NCBI GenBank assembly: GCA_947283485.1
Contig: CAMYOU010000004.1
Location: forward strand, 880 to 24,879
DNA length: 24,000 bases
Direction: 5' to 3'
From: an uncultured Peptostreptococcaceae bacterium
Lineage (GTDB): Bacteria > Bacillota > Clostridia > Tissierellales > Peptoniphilaceae
The position numbers were made by a program, and so were the translations under genes. Shown here piece by piece: positions 1 to 6,175 of the stretch. The first letter of the stretch is position 1; each line of letters starts with the position of its first letter. The notes under the pieces are model-generated. The model worked only from the letters and a program-made list of their open reading frames with translations, was not told the origin of the DNA and searched no databases.

Positions 1-1
1 C

Positions 2-226
2 CTCGGCGGCGAAACACATTTTGACCGCACGGGACATCATTTAACCGAGATCACACTCTCCCCCTCGCACAAATGGGTCAATGAAAAAATCGCCGAGATC
101 CCCATGGGCGACAAGGAACTCATCCTTATGCTGCAGAGTAAAGACGGCGACATCATCGTTCCCGCAGGCGGTACGGTCTTGCGCGCCGACGACAGAATCG
201 TCCTCATCCATGAAGACGAAGTTTGA
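2..226 (+). CDS. C-terminal fragment of a TrkA-C (RCK_C) domain protein, probably the regulatory tail of an ion transporter; the 5' end lies outside the window
   Basis: An open frame runs in from the left edge to a TGA stop at 224-226. It translates to ...LTEITLSPSHKWVNEKIAEIPMGDKELILMLQSKDGDIIVPAGGTVLRADDRIVLIHEDEV, the pattern I associate with TrkA-C domains (ligand-binding fold ending in P.G.T.L..gD.l.l). It is absent from the ORF track because there is no in-window start. Confidence 0.6.
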   Translation, partial: LGGETHFDRTGHHLTEITLSPSHKWVNEKIAEIPMGDKELILMLQSKDGDIIVPAGGTVLRADDRIVLIHEDEV

Positions 227-289
227 TCTTTAGATGCGCCGGGCATTTGATCTCGACGTGCAAAACGGGCAACACACAAAATTGACAAC

Positions 290-333
290 AAAAAACGGGC
301 ATGTTTTCCCGCCGGAAGACAAGCCCGTTTTTT
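290..333. terminator. Bidirectional rho-independent terminator hairpin
   Basis: The sequence is aaaaaaCGGGCaTGTTTTCC-cgcc-GGAAGACAaGCCCGtttttt. It forms a long interrupted stem (about 15 bp, one A/A mismatch, one G-U) with a 4-nt loop. An A-run sits on the left and a T-run on the right, so it can terminate both the plus-strand TrkA-C gene and minus-strand read-through. Confidence 0.55.
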
Positions 334-372
334 CATGCGATCGATTCGTGAGACTTCGCGAACATTTTTCAC

Positions 373-404
373 AAAAAAGTGCGTCGGGAGTTTTCCCGAC
401 ACAC
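373..404 (-). terminator. Rho-independent terminator of the opp operon
   Basis: The minus strand reads GTGTGTCGGGA-aaac-TCCCGACGCAC followed by TTTTTT. This is an 11-position stem with one mismatch, and it starts 3 nt after the stop of the 407..601 micro-ORF. Confidence 0.6.
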
Positions 405-406
405 TC

Positions 407-592
407 TTATCTGATGAAGATACGACTCACGAGATAGAGGATCCCGAAGATCGCAAGGATGACCGGTAAGACCACCGTCATCGCCGCAAGAAACATGGCG
501 AAATAATCCTTCACCGAAAAATCATTCTCGAGAATTTTCTTTCGCTTTTCCTCCAAGTCGCGTTCTCGAAGTTCTCTTGTCTCACGCTTCAT
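407..592 (-). CDS. Small single-pass membrane protein (about 61-64 aa), hypothetical, last cistron of the opp operon
   Basis: The product is MKRETRELRERDLEEKRKKILENDFSVKDYFAMFLAAMTVVLPVILAIFGILYLVSRIFIR: a charged N-terminal half and one clear hydrophobic helix. The ATG at 592 overlaps the oppF stop by 11 nt, and the track's alternative TTG start is at 601. A terminator follows immediately. There is no convincing Shine-Dalgarno, so the call is tentative. Confidence 0.4.
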   Translation of the reverse strand: MKRETRELRERDLEEKRKKILENDFSVKDYFAMFLAAMTVVLPVILAIFGILYLVSRIFIR

Positions 593-2147
593 CTTGTACA
601 AACGCTTCGTGTGCGCGTTTCGCTTCGTCTTCGTCCATGTCCATTAAATGGCATGCGACGAATCTTCCCGGACGAACTTCTTTGAAATCCGGCTCATAGG
701 TTTTGCAAATCTCCATCGCATGACGGCAGCGCGTGTGGAAACGGCAACCCGACGGCGGATTGACCGCAGACGGAATGTCGCCCTCGAGGATTTCGAGTTT
801 GGTCGCGTCCTGCTCCACGTCGGTACGCGGGATCGCCATGAGGAGTGCTTTCGTGTACGGATGCAAAGGCTCCTCGAAGAGTGCCTCCGTCTCCGACAGT
901 TCGACGAGATTGCCGAGGTACATAACGCCGATACGATCCGAGATGTATTTGACGACGGAAAGATCGTGCGTGATGAAGAGATACGTGAGATTGTTCTGTT
1001 CTCTGAGATCCTGCAAGAGGTTGATGATCTGTGACTGAATCGATACGTCGAGCGCACTTACGGCCTCATCGCAGACGATGAACTTCGGTTTCAGTGCAAG
1101 CGCACGCGCGATGCCGATACGTTGTCTCTGTCCGCCGGAGAACTGGTGCGGATAGCGATGGATGAAGTACGGTGCAAGACCGCAGTTTCCCATGACCTCT
1201 TGAATGTATTCGTTGTAGCCCTTTGCTTTTTCATTCTTGAAGATCTTATGCGCGACGACGCCCTCGCCGATGATCTGACCGACTGTCATACGCGTATTGA
1301 GTGATGAATACGGGTCTTGGAAGATGATCTGCAGATCATTGCGCAGTTTTCTCATCTCTTCTTTCGTGAGTTGCGCAAGATCGATCCCCGTGTCCCGCAT
1401 GGACTCATAGTGTTCATAACGCGGTTCGTCTTTTACTTCCTCGCGCAGTTTCGCAAGCACGGTTTCTTTTTCTTTCGCGTCTCGTTCGTGCGTTACTCTC
1501 CCGGCTTCAATTTTCGCGATTTCATCGCGAAATGATTTTCGCTCGTCGTCCGTAAGCGTCGGATTCTCCAGATTCTTTTCGATCTCGATGATCTTCGCGT
1601 TCTCATTCGCAATGCGCACAAGAGCTTCGTAGTATTCCATGAGTGCCTTCGAGACGCTCGCGAGATCCTTATGAACGAGAAGACCTCCTGCGATGCGCGC
1701 CATATTGAGATATTTGTTCTCGAGTGCGCGGGTTTTGAGCATAATCTCTTCGTCAAGTGCCAGTGCTTCTTCGTCGGTCGCCTTCTCGCGACGCGCTTTG
1801 AGCTCGATGAGCTCTTTTTCCGCCGCTTCGTACGCCGAAAATTTCGATGGAATTTCACGGATGACCGTGGACACATATTTCGGTGCCATCTCGGCAAAGG
1901 TATTGCCGTAATAGAGCGTGGAACCTTCCGTTTGATCGTAGAGCTGGATGAGCGTCCGTCCAAAGGTGGACTTCCCGCAACCCGACTCGCCGACGAGACC
2001 GAGGACTTCGCCCTCGTAGATGTCGAGCGAAATATTCTCGTTCGCGTGTACGTATTTTTGCGCACCGCCATGGAAGAGATTTTTCTTACCGACCGGGAAA
2101 TATTTGCGCAGGTTCGTCACGCGCATGAGGACTTTTTTATTCTCCAC
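582..2147 (-). CDS. oppF: Oligopeptide/dipeptide ABC transporter ATP-binding protein (OppF/DppF type) with a large internal insertion
   Basis: Motifs seen: Walker A GESGCGKST, Q-loop region IIFQDPYSSLN, signature FSGGQRQRIGIARAL, Walker B FIVCDEAVSALD, H-loop ITHDLS, and a Cys-containing C-terminal oligopeptide-transporter tail. The GTG start overlaps the oppD stop (GTGGAGAATAA) and is preceded by GGGGTGAG. The product is 521 aa, against roughly 320-340 aa as I recall for this family. Confidence 0.92.
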   Translation of the reverse strand: MENKKVLMRVTNLRKYFPVGKKNLFHGGAQKYVHANENISLDIYEGEVLGLVGESGCGKSTFGRTLIQLYDQTEGSTLYYGNTFAEMAPKYVSTVIREIPSKFSAYEAAEKELIELKARREKATDEEALALDEEIMLKTRALENKYLNMARIAGGLLVHKDLASVSKALMEYYEALVRIANENAKIIEIEKNLENPTLTDDERKSFRDEIAKIEAGRVTHERDAKEKETVLAKLREEVKDEPRYEHYESMRDTGIDLAQLTKEEMRKLRNDLQIIFQDPYSSLNTRMTVGQIIGEGVVAHKIFKNEKAKGYNEYIQEVMGNCGLAPYFIHRYPHQFSGGQRQRIGIARALALKPKFIVCDEAVSALDVSIQSQIINLLQDLREQNNLTYLFITHDLSVVKYISDRIGVMYLGNLVELSETEALFEEPLHPYTKALLMAIPRTDVEQDATKLEILEGDIPSAVNPPSGCRFHTRCRHAMEICKTYEPDFKEVRPGRFVACHLMDMDEDEAKRAHEAFVQDEA

Positions 2148-3138
2148 GGTTTCTCACCCCCTTCTCGGGATAGAAGCAACGGATCTCTTGCTTACCGTCG
2201 TTAAAACTCATAAGATCCGGGATTTCATTCTCGCATTTCTCCGTCGCGTAACGGCAACGAGGCGCAAAACGACACCCTTTCGGCAGATCGAACGGATGCG
2301 GAACGCTGCCCGGGATGGCGTTTAGACGTTTGTCTTTCGCCGTCGAGATGGACGGAATGCTCTCGAGAAGCGCTTCCGTGTAGGGATGCGAGTATTTCGT
2401 CATGCCCTCTCGGAAGATGAACTCGACCGGAGCGGATTCCACGACCTGACCGCAGTACATGACTGCGACATCGTCCGCCATCTGATTGATCACGCCGAGA
2501 TCGTGCGTGATAAACATGATCGACGCGTCGTGCGTATCCTTGAGCTCGTTCATGAGTTTGAGGATCTGGGCCTGAATCGTAACGTCGAGTGCCGTCGTCG
2601 GCTCGTCCGCAATGAGGAGCTTCGGCTCGCATGCCAGTGCCATCGCAATCATGACGCGCTGGTTCATACCGCCCGATAGCTGGAACGGATATTGTTTCAC
2701 GACGACGTGCGGATTCGGAATCTTGACCATGGCGAGGAGTTCCTCCGAGCGCTTCGCCGCTTCTTTTTTCGAAAGTTTTTGGTGCAGCATGAGCACTTCC
2801 GAGAGTTGCTTCTCCACCGTAAAGACCGGGTTCAGAGAAGTCATCGGCTCCTGGAAGATAAAAGAGATGTCGTTTCCGCGAACGTGTTGAAGCCTACGCT
2901 CGTCGAAGTCCGAAATTTTCTCGCCGTCAAACCAAATTTCACCTTCGTAGATCTTTTGGTTGCGTTCAAAAAGTTTTAAGATGCTCATCGCCGTCTGGCT
3001 CTTGCCGCTGCCCGACTCGCCGACAACACCAAGGGTCTTCCCCGCTTCGACTTTGAGCGACACGCCGTAGACGGCCTTAATAAGGCCTCTGCGCGTCTCA
3101 AAATACGTGTGTAGATCTTTGATTTCGAGTAATGCCAT
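2137..3138 (-). CDS. oppD: Oligopeptide/dipeptide ABC transporter ATP-binding protein (OppD/DppD type)
   Basis: Motifs seen: Walker A GESGSGKSQ, signature LSGGMNQRVMIAMAL, Walker B LLIADEPTTALD, H-loop ITHDLG, and a C-terminal tail with CRFAPRCRYATEKC...C. The start lies 6 nt after the oppC stop. Confidence 0.93.
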   Translation of the reverse strand: MALLEIKDLHTYFETRRGLIKAVYGVSLKVEAGKTLGVVGESGSGKSQTAMSILKLFERNQKIYEGEIWFDGEKISDFDERRLQHVRGNDISFIFQEPMTSLNPVFTVEKQLSEVLMLHQKLSKKEAAKRSEELLAMVKIPNPHVVVKQYPFQLSGGMNQRVMIAMALACEPKLLIADEPTTALDVTIQAQILKLMNELKDTHDASIMFITHDLGVINQMADDVAVMYCGQVVESAPVEFIFREGMTKYSHPYTEALLESIPSISTAKDKRLNAIPGSVPHPFDLPKGCRFAPRCRYATEKCENEIPDLMSFNDGKQEIRCFYPEKGVRNRGE

Positions 3139-3144
3139 CGTTGC

Positions 3145-5007
3145 CTACCTTTCTGCCGCTTTCGGGTCCATCGCATCTCTCAATGCGTCGCCGATGAGGT
3201 TGATCGTAAATGCGGCAAGAAATACTGCGAGTGCCGGATAGATCCATCTCCACCAATAAAGCTGCAATACTTCCGTCTTCTGCGCATTCGTAAGCATATT
3301 GCCCCAAGACGGATACGGAGCCTTGACGCCGAATCCGAGGAAAGAAAGCCCCGCCTCGGTGAGGAGGTTACCTGCATACCCGAGGGTGGCCTGTACGATG
3401 ACGATGGACAGGACGTTCGGCAAGATGTGATTGGCGATGATCTTTTTCTCACGCAATCCCAATGCACGCGCAGCAAGGATATAGTCCTTCTCGCGCTCGG
3501 ATAGGATCTGACCGCGTACAAGACGCGCGATGCCTGTCCAGCCGAGGACACCCAGGATGACCATGACGAGTAAGAGTCGCTTGTTCTGACTCGTATCCGG
3601 TGGCAAAATGACCGTCAGCGTGATGATGAGCGGATAGAACGGGAACGACGCGATGATCTCCGTAAAACGTTGCAAGAGATTGTCGACCGTGCCGCCGTAG
3701 AAACCCGAGATCATGCCGATGACGACGCCGATGAAGACTTGGATGACGACGGCGACGAACGCGATTAAAAGCGTCACGCGACCGCCCGACAATAGTCTTG
3801 CAAAGAGATCGCGACCGACATCGTCCGTACCCATGATGTAGCCGTTGTTGCCCCATGTGTCGATCGTACCGTCTTCCTTGACGGCATAGTTTTGATAATA
3901 CCCGCTGAAGAGTTTCGCGTAGGAACCCTCCGGCGTGGTTTTCGTAACATCAAAGTAATTCTTACCCCAAGTGTAGATCTTGCCCGATTCGGTACGTGCG
4001 GTGAAATAATCGACACCCGCACCGATCTCCGCAACGGGAGCGTCGAAATCGGGAAGCGTGGTCGTCCCTTCCTGCGAAGCACCCCATACTCTGAGTTTGC
4101 CGTCTTCGCAGAGTGCAAGACAACTGTACGTGCCGATGGCAACTTGTTTCACTTTGATGCCGCCCGGCTCGAGTTCCTTAGGAATATTGTAGATCGGTGA
4201 ACCCTTTGCTCCGAAAATTTGAACGCCGCCGTCCTTACGGGCCGCGATAATATTGAGCGACGAGACGTCAAAGTCTTCGACATTGTTCTTGAGTTCTTTG
4301 GGCACGCGATCGAGATTGTTCGCCATCGTGGAACCCCACACGAGGAGATTCCCTTTCTCCGTTAAAATGACCGAGAACTGAACGCCCGCGTCCATTTTCT
4401 TGACACCTTCGGAGCGCGTCACCATGGAGACGTCGCCCGGAACCGTGTCCTGACCGAAGTAGTTGTTGCCCCAACCGTAGAAATTGCCTTTGTCCGTATG
4501 GACGAGCGTGTGTCTGTCGCCGACCGCGAGGTGAACGACCTTTTCTTCCTCGAGTTGTTTCTTGAACTTATCGGGCACGACCGTCGCACCGTCGTAGTCC
4601 TTGCCCCAGAAATAGAGTTTGCCGTCCGCATTGATGCCCGCGGAGAACGTGATTCCCGAGCGGATATCGACGATATCGGCATCCGTAAGATGCTTGGGAT
4701 AGTTCATATAGCCGAAGCCGGGTCCGATGTTCTTGAGAATTCCTTGAGAATAGTAGGGGTCATATTTCAAGATCCCCGCGCCGATCATAACCGTGAGAAA
4801 AATCGCCAAGAAACCCACAAGGCCGATCATGCCGATCGGATTGTGGAGATAGTTCTTGATGATCGTCTTTACAGGCGTCGTAATCGCTTCTTCCTCGAGT
4901 AGATTCTCGGGTGCCTTGCGATTCTTCGAAGCGCGGAATAGATCAATAAAACGCGTCCAGAAGTTTTTTCCGTAGCGACGCATCTTCTTTCCGTTGTTTT
5001 CGCTCAT
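3145..5007 (-). CDS. oppC: Oligopeptide ABC transporter permease (OppC/DppC type) carrying an inserted seven-repeat RCC1-like beta-propeller domain
   Basis: The C-terminal half is a normal OppC: the GTDDVGRDLFARLL motif before TM2, an EAA-type loop YILAARALGLREKKIIANHILPN, and multiple TM helices. The N-terminus has one TM helix (IGMIGLVGFLAIFLTVMIGAGIL). Between them are seven repeats ending in ..DG/KG.h..WG. The RBS is GGAGTAGGTGA. Confidence 0.9.
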   Translation of the reverse strand: MSENNGKKMRRYGKNFWTRFIDLFRASKNRKAPENLLEEEAITTPVKTIIKNYLHNPIGMIGLVGFLAIFLTVMIGAGILKYDPYYSQGILKNIGPGFGYMNYPKHLTDADIVDIRSGITFSAGINADGKLYFWGKDYDGATVVPDKFKKQLEEEKVVHLAVGDRHTLVHTDKGNFYGWGNNYFGQDTVPGDVSMVTRSEGVKKMDAGVQFSVILTEKGNLLVWGSTMANNLDRVPKELKNNVEDFDVSSLNIIAARKDGGVQIFGAKGSPIYNIPKELEPGGIKVKQVAIGTYSCLALCEDGKLRVWGASQEGTTTLPDFDAPVAEIGAGVDYFTARTESGKIYTWGKNYFDVTKTTPEGSYAKLFSGYYQNYAVKEDGTIDTWGNNGYIMGTDDVGRDLFARLLSGGRVTLLIAFVAVVIQVFIGVVIGMISGFYGGTVDNLLQRFTEIIASFPFYPLIITLTVILPPDTSQNKRLLLVMVILGVLGWTGIARLVRGQILSEREKDYILAARALGLREKKIIANHILPNVLSIVIVQATLGYAGNLLTEAGLSFLGFGVKAPYPSWGNMLTNAQKTEVLQLYWWRWIYPALAVFLAAFTINLIGDALRDAMDPKAAER

Positions 5008-5015
5008 GATTTCAC

Positions 5016-5999
5016 CTACTCCAGTCGTATTCTCGGATCGACCAGCGCATAGCCGAGATCCGCTAAGAGATTGCCGAGGACATTCAAGAGTGCATATAAC
5101 ATATTGAGTGCCATGACGACATTGTAATCCTGTTGCATGACGCTCTCGATAAAGACTTTGCCGATTCCGTTATAGGCAAAAATCGTCTCCGTGATGGCGG
5201 CACCGCTGAACATGCCGACGATCGCCCACGCAAGAACCGTGACGACCGGAATCATCGCATTGCGAAACGCATGCGTATAGATGACGACTTTTTCCGAGAG
5301 ACCTTTGGAACGTGCCGTACGAATATAGTCCTGAGAAAGGGCGTCGATCATCGCATTGCGCACATAACGGCTCGTCGCCGCAAGCGCACCGACGGTGATC
5401 GTCGTTGCCGGCAGGATGAGATGCTGGATCCAACGAAGGAAAATCTGACCTTTCGTGAGTCCCACCGTAATCGGCATCATGCCCGCGGGGAGCCAACCGA
5501 GATGGAAGGCGAAGAAGAAAATGAGCATAAGACCGATGAAGAACGTCGGCAAGGAAATGCCGATGAGAGAAAAGATCTGCCAAAAACGATCGTACAATCC
5601 GCCGCGTTTGACCGCAGATTTGATACCGATGATGACGGAAAGAATAAAAGCGATGATGGTCGATCCGAGATTGAGATAAAAAGTATTGCGTAGCGGTTCT
5701 GCGAGAACCTGTTGAACCGGTTTGAAGTGAATCGAACTCTCTCCGAGTTCACCTTTGGCAACGCGACCGAGCCAGCGCACATATTGCACCGGAACGGGTT
5801 TGTCGTATCCGAGGTTCTTCTTGATTTGATTGTACATCGCTTGTTTTTGCGCCGGTGAGCGGAACGCGGATGGGTTCTGGGGGAGCATCGCCAGCACCGG
5901 ATCTCCGGGCATCGCCTTCAAAAGGCCGAAGAGCACCATCGAGATGATGAGGACGACCGGGATGAGGTGCAGGATGCGCTTCAGAATGTACTTGAGCAT
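5016..5999 (-). CDS. oppB: Oligopeptide ABC transporter permease (OppB/DppB type)
   Basis: The N-terminus MLKYILKRILHLIPVVLIIS is typical. An EAA-type loop YIRTARSKGLSEKVVIYTHAFRNA is present and the protein has six or more hydrophobic segments. The RBS is AAAGGAAG. Confidence 0.93.
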   Translation of the reverse strand: MLKYILKRILHLIPVVLIISMVLFGLLKAMPGDPVLAMLPQNPSAFRSPAQKQAMYNQIKKNLGYDKPVPVQYVRWLGRVAKGELGESSIHFKPVQQVLAEPLRNTFYLNLGSTIIAFILSVIIGIKSAVKRGGLYDRFWQIFSLIGISLPTFFIGLMLIFFFAFHLGWLPAGMMPITVGLTKGQIFLRWIQHLILPATTITVGALAATSRYVRNAMIDALSQDYIRTARSKGLSEKVVIYTHAFRNAMIPVVTVLAWAIVGMFSGAAITETIFAYNGIGKVFIESVMQQDYNVVMALNMLYALLNVLGNLLADLGYALVDPRIRLE

Positions 6000-6066
6000 G
6001 TGAAACTTCCTTTCTCATTTATTCTTCGGGGGTTTACCCGAGTGCTGCTTCCGAACTTTCGCAACA

Positions 6067-6120
6067 AAGAGGAAACTCGGCTCCTCTTTTTGCGAAAGCA
6101 CGGAAAAATATTTTCCGTGC
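6067..6120 (-). promoter_or_regulatory. Two further intercistronic hairpins in the oppA-oppB spacer
   Basis: 6098..6120 is GCACGGAAAA-ata-TTTTCCGTGC, a perfect 10-bp inverted repeat. 6067..6089 is AAAGAGGA-aactcggc-TCCTCTTT, an 8-bp stem. Their function (mRNA stability, processing or attenuation) is not determinable from sequence. Confidence 0.35.
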
Positions 6121-6125
6121 TTCAT

Positions 6126-6168
6126 AAAAAAAGGGAAGTAGGAGTGAAGCGAACGCCTCACTCCTTCC
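6126..6168 (-). terminator. Intra-operon rho-independent terminator/attenuator directly after oppA
   Basis: The minus strand reads GGAA-GGAGTGAGGC-gttc-GCTTCACTCC-tac-TTCC-CTTTTTTTAT: a 10-bp stem with one G-U wobble and a tetraloop, extended by 4 bp across a 3-nt bulge, then a 7-T run. It sits 8 nt after the oppA stop. I found no convincing promoter between it and oppB. Confidence 0.55.
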
Positions 6169-6175
6169 TTCAGAG

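Noticed and set aside
37-402. A 121-aa minus-strand ORF, and a 67-aa plus-strand ORF at 234..437, at the left end.
   Set aside because: The first is antisense to the TrkA-C coding frame and runs straight through two terminator hairpins. The second consists largely of those terminator sequences. Neither has an RBS or recognisable motifs.
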